From an uncultured Gammaproteobacteria bacterium (GTDB taxonomy: Bacteria > Patescibacteriota > Patescibacteriia > JACRDY01), in contig CAZJZH010000001.1 in assembly GCA_964550465.1 (NCBI GenBank), forward strand, positions 107 to 64,106: a stretch of 64,000 nucleotides of DNA, read 5' to 3'. Each line of letters begins with the position of its first letter. The stretch's first letter is position 1. The notes under the pieces were generated by a model that saw only the letters and a program-made list of their open reading frames with translations, had not been told where the DNA came from and did not search any database. Below, one piece after another: positions 1-9,173 of the stretch. The position numbers and the translations under genes were made by a program.

Positions 1-55
1 TGTATGTGGGAGTACTGCCTAGCAGTACGCCTGAACCACGTAATAGAACATCCAT

Positions 56-736
56 ATGCCACGAGGCAAAAAATACACGGCTATTGCCGAAAAAATCGAC
101 GCTGATAAAACCTACACCCTAGCAGAAGCGCTGCAGTTTCTCGCAGACAACAAGGTGGAGAGTTTTGATGCGTCAGTAGAAGTTCACTGTAACTTGGGCA
201 TTGACCCAAAGAAAACTGACCAGCAGCTGCGCAGCACCGTTGTGCTGCCACATGGCACCGGTAAAGATAAGCGGGTAGCAGCTTTTGTGGGTCCAGACAA
301 AGAAGCTGAGGCCAAGGAAGCCGGCGCTGCCCTGGTAGGCGGCGAAGAACTGGTAGCGGAAATTAAAAAGACTGAGAAGACTGATTTTGACGTAGCGGTA
401 GCTACCCCACAGATGATGCCAAAAATTGCCGGTATTGCTAAGATCCTCGGTACCCGCGGCCTGATGCCCTCACCAAAGAATGACACTGTGACTGACAATA
501 TCGGTCAAGCAGTGGCTGATTTGAAGGGTGGTAAGGTGGCCTTTAAAAATGACAACACTGCCAATATCCACCAAGTAGTTGGTCGGTTGTCATTTGGTGC
601 AGACAAGTTGACTGAAAATATTACGACGTTTGTTGAAGCTATTAAAAAAGCCAAACCAGCTGGCAGCAAGGGTACGTACATCAAGAGCCTATCAATTTGT
701 ACGACCATGGGACCAAGCATTCAGATTAGCTTGTAA
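56..736 (+). CDS. rplA: 50S ribosomal protein L1
   Basis: 226 aa. N-terminus MPRGKKYTAIAEKID... and the rest of the sequence match the L1 family. Confidence 0.9.
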   Translation: MPRGKKYTAIAEKIDADKTYTLAEALQFLADNKVESFDASVEVHCNLGIDPKKTDQQLRSTVVLPHGTGKDKRVAAFVGPDKEAEAKEAGAALVGGEELVAEIKKTEKTDFDVAVATPQMMPKIAGIAKILGTRGLMPSPKNDTVTDNIGQAVADLKGGKVAFKNDNTANIHQVVGRLSFGADKLTENITTFVEAIKKAKPAGSKGTYIKSLSICTTMGPSIQISL

Positions 737-753
737 GGCTTGTAAGGAGATTT

Positions 754-788
754 AAAAAAAACCGTTGGCGCTCTGCCAGCGGTTTTTT
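754..788. terminator. Rho-independent terminator-like hairpin (bidirectional)
   Basis: aaaaaaaaccgttggcgctctgccagcggtttttt: an imperfect GC stem with an A-run on one side and a T-run on the other. It lies between the convergent rplA and asparaginase genes. Confidence 0.5.
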
Positions 789-812
789 GATTGATTGATT
801 TCCTGATTACCC

Positions 813-1736
813 TTATTCAATCGAAACTTGCGGCGCCTGACTGTCCGTGACTACACCGCGAATCATCATATCTGTAGAGTAGGCTTCTCCCCAATTACCG
901 GCAGCATCAACCACGATAATACCACCAAGACCCTTCACCTTTCTCACTAAATACCCAATAGCTTTTTCGGCCGCAGTAGCTGCATCACACCCTTCAAACA
1001 ATATATAGTCAGCCACGGTTTTAGCAAGCACCGTACGCAAAAATTGTTCACCAAAACCTGTAGCGGAAACAGCACACGTTTCATTGTCTGCCCACACTCC
1101 AGCGCCAATAACCGGTGAGTCCCCCACTCGACCAAACTGCTTGTTAACAATACCGCCAGTAGAGGTGGCTGCAGCCACGGTGCCATGAATGTCTCGAGCC
1201 ACCGCGCCAATAGTGCCAAATTTTTTATCCGTGGAAGCATCAGTATGATCAAGCACTACCTTACCCTGTTGTCGTGCAGTCTGCCACTGCTCCAATCGAT
1301 GACTGGTCACAAAAAAATCATTATCTGCCATTGGCACCTGTTGAGCGACTGCAAAGGCTTGGGCGCCAGCACCGGCTAACATGACGTGCTCCGTTGTGTC
1401 TTTGACTAAACGCGCCAGACTGGTGGGGTGAATAACGCCCTGCACCCCAATAACTGATCCGGCCGACAAATCTACCCCATCCATAATGGCTGCGTCCATT
1501 TCTACAATACCATCTGCATTGAGCACAGATCCCTTACCCGCATTGTACAGCTCATCGTCTTCCAGTAGATTGGCGCAGTGCTCAACTACGTCAATAGCTG
1601 CCGCACCGCTGGCCAGCCGCTCTTGCCCGGCTAGTAAAATAGCGGCGAGACTTTTTTCGTATTGTTGTTTCTTTTCTGGCGTCAGTTGCTTTAAAAACCC
1701 AGCGCCTCCATGAACGAGAAGCGTGTATTGTGACAT
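813..1736 (-). CDS. Isoaspartyl peptidase / L-asparaginase (Ntn-hydrolase, asparaginase_2 family)
   Basis: 307 aa. LVHGGAGF...NAGKGSV...GTIGAVARD...TSTGG motifs are typical of plant-type asparaginase and isoaspartyl peptidase. Confidence 0.8.
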   Translation of the reverse strand: MSQYTLLVHGGAGFLKQLTPEKKQQYEKSLAAILLAGQERLASGAAAIDVVEHCANLLEDDELYNAGKGSVLNADGIVEMDAAIMDGVDLSAGSVIGVQGVIHPTSLARLVKDTTEHVMLAGAGAQAFAVAQQVPMADNDFFVTSHRLEQWQTARQQGKVVLDHTDASTDKKFGTIGAVARDIHGTVAAATSTGGIVNKQFGRVGDSPVIGAGVWADNETCAVSATGFGEQFLRTVLAKTVADYILFEGCDAATAAEKAIGYLVRKVKGLGGIIVVDAAGNWGEAYSTDMMIRGVVTDSQAPQVSIE

Positions 1737-1841
1737 ATCAATTTCTGTTAATTATCCTTATACACTAGGAGCATACTGTGATTTAGTAAAAAAGAAAAGC
1801 CTTCCGGGTAAAACCGAAAGGCTGTGAATGTGTAATTGACC

Positions 1842-3449
1842 TTAGGATTGAGTCGCCTGCCAGAAGGCATCGAAACGATGTCGATCGACATCAGGATTGA
1901 GGTAGACCACGCCTACCCGGTGATGCGCCGCCGTACCATGGAGTGTTGGTATGTCGAATTTCGGCACTAACACTGCACCACACAAGTGCTTTCCTTGGCG
2001 ACGCAGAGCGTATGGACCAAAATATGCTTGCACATACTCGGCCCATTGCGGCCACGACAGGCCCTCAGCCGTGCGTTGAGTCAAGGCGGTGGAGTTAATA
2101 GTCCAACCGGCTTGTTCAGCACTGTGGCGTACAAAGTAGCTGACGTCATTACCGTTCATCCGTGGATTACAGTCAACCACCCAAGCATACCGACCATCGG
2201 ACCGCCTGATCAGGTCAGTACCGATAAAGCCGGTGTACCCTTCCCTAGCAAGATCCCGCGCCAGTCGTTCCAAGGGCGCCATACCGCCGATATTGCGGAG
2301 AAAATGGTGCTGGGCCGAGCGTCGCCAGTAAGAGCCACCGTAGGAAATACCATCAACCAGCACTTGCTCAGCGACTTGACCAAGCTGCCAATCAAAGCTT
2401 GGGTCATGCTGCACGCGCAGCGTAACGCACGGTGACTGATAGACGGTTGCATCCGCCGGGTTACCCCCCAGCGGTATATCGCCTGTGGGCACCGGCTCGA
2501 GCAATTGCAATCCTTGATGCGCATCGGGGTTTAGCTGGCGCTGTTGGAGATTGCGCACGATCCGCAAAAACTGCTCCCCGGCAAGGGGGTTGCCACAATC
2601 AAAGCGTGCGATACTCGCCTCAACAGCGTTACCTGAGCCACCGCCAACCGCCTTGATGAAGTATTTGACCGTGCGATCAAACGACAGGAGGATCGGTTGA
2701 TACAGGAACTGCTCTGATTCCAACATGTCAGCGAATCGACTGAGGACGTGCTGTGCCGGTGTTTGCGCTAACAGCGCTAGAACTTCAGCCGGCAGCTGCT
2801 CAATCAACACCGCGCCTGGCAAGCTAACTTTGTCAGCATGCTGTCTGTCGCGGAAGAGTAGCTTGTAGAAGTAGTTCTTATCAATCAGCTTTCGCGTAGC
2901 CTGCATTAGCTCCAGGTCTCGTAGGAGCAGACTAACCATGGAGCTGTTACGATCAACTAGCAACACCGGCCTACCAGCAGAACGGAGGTGGTAACTATAG
3001 CTATGAGCATCTACTCGACTTAGCACTGTCTCCGGGTCCGCGTCAGCAGCAACAGTCACTCCAAACCGACCCCACTGTCTGTAGTGGTAGTCATCACCAA
3101 TGACCGCTGCTTGTTCATAAAACGGGCGGTTATAGCGGTGCACTGGGGCAAGGTACTGTTCCATTCGCGTGAGAGCGTTAGCCGGCAATTCGCTGACTAG
3201 TATATCAGCCTGTTGCACTACACCACTAGGCAGAAACATGGCCCTAATAATTCCGAGCTCCCATTCCTTCACCGCAGACTGAGTCACATTAGCACCCGTC
3301 TCTATAAACATACGCCACGAACCATGCACTAGCACTCGCTGACAGGTTGGCATATACCCGTACTGAGCAATCACTGGTGAGCTTAGCTCTGTAGCCAAGA
3401 CATACTGACAATGCGGCATATCTGTCATCAAAACACCTCCTTGACTCAA
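1842..3449 (-). CDS. ATP-grasp-like / carboxylate-amine ligase family protein (tentative)
   Basis: 535 aa ORF with codon-consistent composition. The weak ATP-grasp-like C-terminal region (GFIGTDLI...VVDCNPRMNG) is recognised from memory only. Confidence 0.35.
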   Translation of the reverse strand: MSQGGVLMTDMPHCQYVLATELSSPVIAQYGYMPTCQRVLVHGSWRMFIETGANVTQSAVKEWELGIIRAMFLPSGVVQQADILVSELPANALTRMEQYLAPVHRYNRPFYEQAAVIGDDYHYRQWGRFGVTVAADADPETVLSRVDAHSYSYHLRSAGRPVLLVDRNSSMVSLLLRDLELMQATRKLIDKNYFYKLLFRDRQHADKVSLPGAVLIEQLPAEVLALLAQTPAQHVLSRFADMLESEQFLYQPILLSFDRTVKYFIKAVGGGSGNAVEASIARFDCGNPLAGEQFLRIVRNLQQRQLNPDAHQGLQLLEPVPTGDIPLGGNPADATVYQSPCVTLRVQHDPSFDWQLGQVAEQVLVDGISYGGSYWRRSAQHHFLRNIGGMAPLERLARDLAREGYTGFIGTDLIRRSDGRYAWVVDCNPRMNGNDVSYFVRHSAEQAGWTINSTALTQRTAEGLSWPQWAEYVQAYFGPYALRRQGKHLCGAVLVPKFDIPTLHGTAAHHRVGVVYLNPDVDRHRFDAFWQATQS

Positions 3450-3551
3450 TCCCTGAGAATCGAGTTATTATTAAAGAGCGAAAAAATCTCACTTATCATG
3501 AGATCATTGTATAGTACCTTTTTTGCGTTTTTTGTCAACCTTGCGGGGACA

Positions 3552-3959
3552 TTACCCACTATACCGATTCCCTTCCAACCCCTGCTGACAAAAATCCACC
3601 AACTCCTGCTTACTGCCAAACTCCTGTGGTTGATGCATAGTCGGCTTAATCATCTGATTATAAATCTCTAGCGTCAACGGCACTAAGGTGTACATCCCGC
3701 CACCTTCAGCAGCAGCTCGCTCAAAGACAAAATGGTTACGACTGCGGATCACAAACTCTTTGACCGTAAACGACTTACGGCGCAAGGTATTAAACCAGTT
3801 CATCTGGTTGGTGGCGTGGTCATAGACTACGTCCAGCGCTAGGCGAACAGTCGGGTCGGTCGGACAGCTGACATAGTAGGCCCGCGCCGGAAAACGCACC
3901 ACTCCGGATGATGGTTTGTTGTGCAGGCTATCAACTGGCTTTTGTTGTTGCTGTGACAT
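3552..3959 (-). CDS. hypothetical protein
   Basis: 135 aa ORF in the same orientation as its neighbours and packed tightly against them. No recognisable domain. Confidence 0.4.
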   Translation of the reverse strand: MSQQQQKPVDSLHNKPSSGVVRFPARAYYVSCPTDPTVRLALDVVYDHATNQMNWFNTLRRKSFTVKEFVIRSRNHFVFERAAAEGGGMYTLVPLTLEIYNQMIKPTMHQPQEFGSKQELVDFCQQGLEGNRYSG

Positions 3960-3968
3960 GCCTATAGT

Positions 3969-4301
3969 TTACAATAGATCAGATAAAAGTTCATCTATAT
4001 CAACATCAACCTCTCGACCACGCATATCAATAGCTCTGCCCTGTTCAATATCATCAACGATAGTATCAGGTTTAGCGCGAATAACTGTCTTGTCGTCCAC
4101 ATCAACGGTCGGCCCTTCCTCACAAAACCCCCGGCAAGCCCGGTAGCGCAAATCCACCTGGTCATTAGCTTGTCCGGCGGCCAGACCGTAGTGTTGCTCT
4201 AGCCGCTCCATCAGCCGCGGACCACCCAACGGGCCGCAGGTTTTGCCGCGACAGACACAGATTTTCTTTGGTTTTTGGGCTGGTGGTTGTGTTTCAGACA
4301 T
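3969..4301 (-). CDS. thioredoxin-like [2Fe-2S] ferredoxin domain protein
   Basis: 110 aa. Cys pattern CVCRGKTCGP...CRGFCEEGP resembles NuoE-type thioredoxin-like 2Fe-2S ferredoxins. Confidence 0.5.
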   Translation of the reverse strand: MSETQPPAQKPKKICVCRGKTCGPLGGPRLMERLEQHYGLAAGQANDQVDLRYRACRGFCEEGPTVDVDDKTVIRAKPDTIVDDIEQGRAIDMRGREVDVDIDELLSDLL

Positions 4302-4341
4302 ACATCACCCATTAATACCATAATCCGCCCTGACCGACAAG

Positions 4342-4370
4342 TTGTAGGCCAAGCGCCACGCTGGTATACT
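4342..4370 (+). promoter_or_regulatory. sigma70-like promoter candidate for the dNTP operon
   Basis: ttgtag, a 17-nt spacer, then tatact, followed by aggagg at 4379-4384. Confidence 0.35.
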
Positions 4371-4398
4371 ACAGTCTTAGGAGGACATTTAGTTACTA

Positions 4399-4914
4399 TT
4401 GCTTGTCAGTATGGAAAATCATAATACTCCTACACCTCATGTTCGCCCCAGCTGGGACGAATATTTTATTGGCATTAGTCGAGCCGCTGCTACTCGCGCT
4501 ACCTGTGATCGAGGTCGCTCTGGCTGTTGTATTGCTCGCGATAAACACATCTTGGTCACCGGCTATGTCGGCTCACCCATGGGCGTGCCACACTGCGATG
4601 AGGTTGGTCATGAGATGCACACTGTGCGCCATGCTGACGGCCATGAGTCAAAACACTGTATCCGTACTGCTCATGCTGAACAGAACGCCATCTGCCAAGC
4701 CGCTAAAATGGGTATTGCACTGGTAGGCGCTACCATCTACTGCAAAATGACCCCCTGCTATGTTTGCGCCAAGATGATTATTAACTGTGGCATTAGTCGC
4801 GTGGTCTGCGAAAAAGATTACCACGCCAGTCAGCGTAGTAAGGATATCTTTGCTGAGGCTGGGGTAGCTTTAAAGGTCATGGACAACCAATTAGAACAGT
4901 ACGACAACCAATAG
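4399..4914 (+). CDS. dCMP deaminase (cytidine/deoxycytidylate deaminase family)
   Basis: HAEQNAI...PCYVCAKMI zinc-binding motifs (H-A-E and PC..C). The start may instead be the downstream ATG at 4411. Confidence 0.8.
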   Translation: MLVSMENHNTPTPHVRPSWDEYFIGISRAAATRATCDRGRSGCCIARDKHILVTGYVGSPMGVPHCDEVGHEMHTVRHADGHESKHCIRTAHAEQNAICQAAKMGIALVGATIYCKMTPCYVCAKMIINCGISRVVCEKDYHASQRSKDIFAEAGVALKVMDNQLEQYDNQ

Positions 4915-4915
4915 T

Positions 4916-5791
4916 ATGCAGCAGTATCTCAATTTAGTCAGAAATATTTTAGACCATGGCAAGCGCCGGGCAAATCGCACCGGTATTGATCAGTTGACCA
5001 TCACCGGGGCCATGTTGGAACATGACATGAGTCAAGGCTTCCCTCTCTTGACCACCAAAAAAGTGCCGTTTCGCTTAGTGGCTTCCGAGCTGGAATTTTT
5101 CATTAAAGGCATGACGGATAAGCACTGGCTAAAGGAAAAGTACAATAACCACATTTGGGATGAATGGGCCACACGACTGAAGGTGCCATATGGACACGAT
5201 GAAGAAACCAAACAAAAGATGGCTGCCGAGCGGGACTTAGGGCCGATTTACGGCTTCCAGTGGCGGCACTTCAACGCGCCCTATCGCAACCACAATGACA
5301 ATTACGACGGCGAAGGCGTTGACCAGTTAAAAAACCTAGTAGCCACTTTGAAAAGTAACCCCACTAACCGGCGGATGGTGGTCTCCGCTTGGAACCCTAG
5401 TCAAAACCCGGACATGGCGCTACCACCCTGCCACTATGGCTTTCAAGTCACGGTACTTGATAACAAACTCAACCTGCTGTGGAACCAGCGCTCAGTTGAC
5501 ACCATGCTGGGCCTACCGTTTAACATTGCTAGCTACGCCCTGTTGCTCCACTTGCTGGCCAAAGAAACTGGCTATGAAGAGGGTAAACTGGTCGGCTTCT
5601 TGGCGGACGTCCATATCTACGTCAACCATATTGAAGGTGCTCAAGAACAGCTCCAGCGTGACCCTGACAAATACCCACTACCCTGTCTAGAAACAGATCC
5701 TTTTGCCTCTATCTTTGCTTGGCATCACAAAGACACCAAGCTAAAGGGGTATGAAAGTTACCCTAAAATTTCTTTTGATATCGCCGTCTAA
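4916..5791 (+). CDS. thyA: thymidylate synthase
   Basis: 291 aa. RTGIDQL...FPLLTTKKV...PPCH..FQ are canonical ThyA motifs. Confidence 0.92.
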   Translation: MQQYLNLVRNILDHGKRRANRTGIDQLTITGAMLEHDMSQGFPLLTTKKVPFRLVASELEFFIKGMTDKHWLKEKYNNHIWDEWATRLKVPYGHDEETKQKMAAERDLGPIYGFQWRHFNAPYRNHNDNYDGEGVDQLKNLVATLKSNPTNRRMVVSAWNPSQNPDMALPPCHYGFQVTVLDNKLNLLWNQRSVDTMLGLPFNIASYALLLHLLAKETGYEEGKLVGFLADVHIYVNHIEGAQEQLQRDPDKYPLPCLETDPFASIFAWHHKDTKLKGYESYPKISFDIAV

Positions 5792-5792
5792 T

Positions 5793-6302
5793 ATGAAAGT
5801 CACTCTGGTGATGGCCATGACGGTTGATGGTAAAATCGCTCAGCATGCCACCCATGCCGCTGATTGGACCAGTAAAGCTGATAAAAAAGCCTTTGTAGTC
5901 AAGACCAAGCAGGCCGGAGTGATCATTATGGGCAAGCGCACCTTTGATACCTTCCCCGGTCCCCTGCCAGGTCGCTTAAATGTCGTCATGCACCAAGCCG
6001 GTACAGTGGTGCCAACTGACGGACCAGACAACCTCCGCTATACTACTGACTCCCCTGCTACTATTATTGAACAGTTAGCAGCCGAAGGATATAACGAAGT
6101 TGTCTTAGGCGGTGGCACCACTATCAATAACCTATTCGCGGCTGACGGCTTGATCGATGAATTACTGCTGACCATTGAACCGCGGCTGTTCGGTCAAGGG
6201 CTTGGTCTGTTCAGTCAAGCCTATGACTGGCCGTTACGACTACTAGCTATTAACCAACTGAACGAACAGACCATTCAGCTCCATTACGCTGTTGAAAAAT
6301 AA
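5793..6302 (+). CDS. folA: dihydrofolate reductase family protein
   Basis: MKVTLVMAMTVDGKIA...VIIMGKRTFD...VVLGGGTTIN matches DHFR/RibD-C-like proteins. Placement directly after thyA supports the call. The start was taken at the in-frame ATG just after the thyA stop. Confidence 0.65.
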   Translation: MKVTLVMAMTVDGKIAQHATHAADWTSKADKKAFVVKTKQAGVIIMGKRTFDTFPGPLPGRLNVVMHQAGTVVPTDGPDNLRYTTDSPATIIEQLAAEGYNEVVLGGGTTINNLFAADGLIDELLLTIEPRLFGQGLGLFSQAYDWPLRLLAINQLNEQTIQLHYAVEK

Positions 6303-6309
6303 TCATCCT

Positions 6310-6876
6310 ATGAAAAAACTGATCATCGGCTTTGTTGGTGAAATTGGTGCTGGCAAAGACACCGCGGCCGACTATTTAACAGAACAGTATCAGGCCACCA
6401 AGGTCAGCTTTGGCACTATGTTGATGCAGATTGCCCAAACCTTGCACCTGCCCAATGACCGTGAACATTTAACGCGTATTTCAGAAATGGTCCGCCATGA
6501 ATTTGGCCAGGACATGCTGGCTAAGGTGATTGCTGAAGATGTTAAAAATCTTGATGCGCCCATGATCTGCGTGCCTAACGTCCGACGCCATCAAGACATT
6601 ACCTACTTACGGGAGCTGCCAAACTTTATCCTCATTCACATTACTGCTGAACCGCGCACTCGCTATGAACGTATCACCACTCGCGGTGAAAAAGCTGATG
6701 ACGCCACCAAGACCTGGGAGCAATTTTTACAAGACGCGCAGCTGCCCACGGAGGTGACTATCCGTGAAGTGGCCGCTACCGCTAACCACGCCGTCAGTAA
6801 TGACGGCAGTCCAGCCGAGCTCTACCAGCAAGTTGAAGCTATCATCAAACAATATGTCACAGACGATCAAAATTAA
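6310..6876 (+). CDS. P-loop nucleotide/deoxynucleotide kinase-like protein
   Basis: MKKLIIGFVGEIGAGKDT is a Walker A motif at the N-terminus. It is embedded between DHFR and dut in the dNTP operon. The family (dNMP kinase versus dephospho-CoA-kinase-like) is not resolved. Confidence 0.45.
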   Translation: MKKLIIGFVGEIGAGKDTAADYLTEQYQATKVSFGTMLMQIAQTLHLPNDREHLTRISEMVRHEFGQDMLAKVIAEDVKNLDAPMICVPNVRRHQDITYLRELPNFILIHITAEPRTRYERITTRGEKADDATKTWEQFLQDAQLPTEVTIREVAATANHAVSNDGSPAELYQQVEAIIKQYVTDDQN

Positions 6877-7282
6877 ACGTCTCCATCCAGCAGCTACGCT
6901 ACCGAACTACGCTCACGCCACGGACGCAGGCATGGATCTACACGCCTGTGAAACTATCACCGTACAACCCGGCCAGCGGGTGCATATCCCCACCGGCCTG
7001 GCGGTAGAGTTACCGGCTGGCACGGTCATGCTGATCTGGGACAAGAGTGGCTTAGCCAATAAGCACGGCATCACTAATTTTGCCGGGGTGATTGACGCAG
7101 GCTACCGCGGTGAAGTAGGTATTATCAGCTATAACAGTGGCACGGAGCCTCACACTTTTGCGGCTGGTGATAAAATTGCCCAGGCCCTGATCCAACAAGT
7201 TGAGCAGGTGGAGATAGTTGAAGTAGATGAGCTCAGTCAAGCAGACCGTGGAACAGGCGGCTTTGGTTCAACCGGCACATAG
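6854..7282 (+). CDS. dut: dUTP diphosphatase
   Basis: DAGMDL...GLANKHGI...GVIDAGYRGE...GGFGSTG are classic dUTPase motifs. The start was set at the internal ATG (MSQTIKI) of the longer ORF. Confidence 0.9.
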   Translation: MSQTIKIKRLHPAATLPNYAHATDAGMDLHACETITVQPGQRVHIPTGLAVELPAGTVMLIWDKSGLANKHGITNFAGVIDAGYRGEVGIISYNSGTEPHTFAAGDKIAQALIQQVEQVEIVEVDELSQADRGTGGFGSTGT

Positions 7283-7283
7283 T

Positions 7284-7952
7284 ATGGGGCTACTGATTGT
7301 CATCGACGGTACAGACGGTTCTGGCAAAGCCACGCAAACCAAGCTGCTGGTGGACCGTCTGACTGATCACGGCTGTACCGTCCAGACCATGGCCTTTCCT
7401 CAGTATGGTAAAAAATCAGCCGGACTGGTGGAAGAATACCTCAGCGGCGCTTACGGTACAGCTGATGCGGTTGATCCACGCATCGCTGCCTTCTTTTTTG
7501 CGGCTGATCGTTACGATGCCAGTTTTCAAATTCGCCAATGGCTGGATAGCGGCTGCGTGGTGGTGCTGGACCGTTATGTCTCTGCCAACATGGGTCACCA
7601 GGGCGCCAAGATTGCCGATGTCGACAAGCGCCAACGCTTCATGACCTGGATCTACCGCTTAGAACATGAATTTTTTGATATTCCGGTGCCGGATATGAAC
7701 CTCATCTTGCACGTGCCGGCAGCCGTATCACAGCAACTAGCCCAGCAGCGCAATGAAAAAGAATGGGCTGGCAAAACAAGAGATATTCACGAAGATGACG
7801 CTCAGCACCTAGCGGCAGCCGAAGCCACCTATCTGTGGATGGCCCAGCAGTACCCAGAGTTTCACTTACTCTCCTGTACGGCTGACAACCAGATGCTGCC
7901 ACGTAATGTGATTGCGGAACGGATCTGGCAGGTAGTGAAAGAAAAATTATAG
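7284..7952 (+). CDS. tmk: thymidylate kinase
   Basis: LLIVIDGTDGSGKATQ P-loop and DRY motif (VVLDRYV). The alternative upstream start is 7227. Confidence 0.88.
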   Translation: MGLLIVIDGTDGSGKATQTKLLVDRLTDHGCTVQTMAFPQYGKKSAGLVEEYLSGAYGTADAVDPRIAAFFFAADRYDASFQIRQWLDSGCVVVLDRYVSANMGHQGAKIADVDKRQRFMTWIYRLEHEFFDIPVPDMNLILHVPAAVSQQLAQQRNEKEWAGKTRDIHEDDAQHLAAAEATYLWMAQQYPEFHLLSCTADNQMLPRNVIAERIWQVVKEKL

Positions 7953-7959
7953 CTATCAG

Positions 7960-7985
7960 AAAACCGCCCCCTCGGGGGCGGTTTT
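7960..7985. terminator. Rho-independent terminator (bidirectional)
   Basis: aaaaccgccccctcgggggcggtttt: a perfect 9-bp GC stem flanked by an A-run and a T-run. Confidence 0.65.
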
Positions 7986-7999
7986 GATCTTTTGTGTGT

Positions 8000-8641
8000 T
8001 TACTCGAGCACCCGCGCCGCGGGCGGCACAGGTGGATCGGGCGATTGGTGGTCGGCGTGGATCCGGACGATCTGTCGATCAACCACCAGCTGACCTTCTT
8101 GAGGGCGATAAAAGTCATCGACGGTCAGGAAGACCGTTTGACCGACACTGAGGCGGCTGAACTGCTTGGTGATCGGCACCCAGAAATCCAGCTCCTCCCT
8201 CATGACAGTCGCCACAGTGTCCGACTGATAGAACGGATCCCGTTGGAGGTCCTGGACCTCCTCCAGCACCGCCTGCGTCACACCGTGAACACCCGGCATC
8301 TCCAGCAAGTACACATTGCCGGTGCTCGGGTCCACCAGGGCTTGCGCCACCAGCAGCGGCGTACGTTCCGGCACATTGGCCGGCCCGATACGCAGATCGC
8401 CGAAATTGTACAGCGGCTGCACTCGCCGCTCGTTTTCCAAGGTGGCGAGACTCTCCTGCGCACGAGCGAGTTTACCTTGCAATTTATCGCGCTCAACTTC
8501 AGCACGATAAAGCTTCGCCTCCAGTTCCCGGACGTCGTCTCGCAATTGCTGCTCCACGATCGCCCTATCACTGCAGCCAGTGGTGAGGGCGCCCAACAGC
8601 ACCCCAACGATCGCGAACAAAATGACTTTCTTCATCCCCAT
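8000..8641 (-). CDS. lipoprotein with coiled-coil region (hypothetical)
   Basis: Signal peptide with lipobox LGALTTGCS. The gene lies in the GC-rich (~60%) islet. Confidence 0.5.
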   Translation of the reverse strand: MGMKKVILFAIVGVLLGALTTGCSDRAIVEQQLRDDVRELEAKLYRAEVERDKLQGKLARAQESLATLENERRVQPLYNFGDLRIGPANVPERTPLLVAQALVDPSTGNVYLLEMPGVHGVTQAVLEEVQDLQRDPFYQSDTVATVMREELDFWVPITKQFSRLSVGQTVFLTVDDFYRPQEGQLVVDRQIVRIHADHQSPDPPVPPAARVLE

Positions 8642-8670
8642 TCCTCCTTTTGGTTGGGGGTTGATTATCC

Positions 8671-8946
8671 TTAACCGCGCCGAACTTTGTCCAGCAGCAG
8701 CTGGTCAAGCCAACGATCCTGCTCGGTGATCTGCGCCGCCGAAATTTCCCACTGCAGCACTTCGTTCTGCTGGCGCAGATCGGCAACCTGTTCTCGCTGC
8801 TGAACGACTTGCTGTTGCAAAGCGACATTTTCCTGCTCCAAGTCAGTGATTTCATCACCAGCCCATGTTACTGTCAATAGCAGAAAAAAGCACAGGCTGG
8901 CCAACCATAGCATGCCGATAATCCCGTCCCTTTCCGATTTGCTCAT
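8671..8946 (-). CDS. FtsB/DivIC-like septum-formation-initiator-type protein (tentative)
   Basis: 91 aa with an N-terminal TM helix followed by a Leu/Gln-rich coiled coil (LEQENVALQQQVVQQREQVADLRQQ). Same GC-rich islet. Confidence 0.35.
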   Translation of the reverse strand: MSKSERDGIIGMLWLASLCFFLLLTVTWAGDEITDLEQENVALQQQVVQQREQVADLRQQNEVLQWEISAAQITEQDRWLDQLLLDKVRRG

Positions 8947-9047
8947 TTCTTACATCTCTGACGCTCCTTCCAACCAGATGCTTCTGGTTATTGTTAAGGT
9001 TCTATACGATATAGTAATTTAGCATATTTTGTAAATATTGTCAACCA

Positions 9048-9069
9048 TCACACCTATGCATAGGTGTGA
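9048..9069. promoter_or_regulatory. 22-bp perfect palindrome (candidate operator) upstream of gatB
   Basis: tcacacctatgcataggtgtga read directly from the sequence, about 105 nt upstream of the gatB start in an AT-rich intergenic region. Confidence 0.25.
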
Positions 9070-9173
9070 GGTTAAAATACTATACTCAAATATTGGACGA
9101 CAAGCAATATTTTTCATTCAATTTTAGGAAAAATTTCCCTTTTTCTCGGTATCTGTGATAGAATTGTCGTACT

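Noticed and set aside
184-720. Antisense ORFs inside rplA (104 aa, 71 aa), and similar antisense or alternate-frame ORFs throughout (e.g. 947-1252, 1986-2435, 7405-7644, 8278-8607, 9228-9874, 18059-21034, 22824-23303, 58153-63268)
   Set aside because: They lie fully inside well-supported longer genes on the opposite strand or in another frame, with no independent support.
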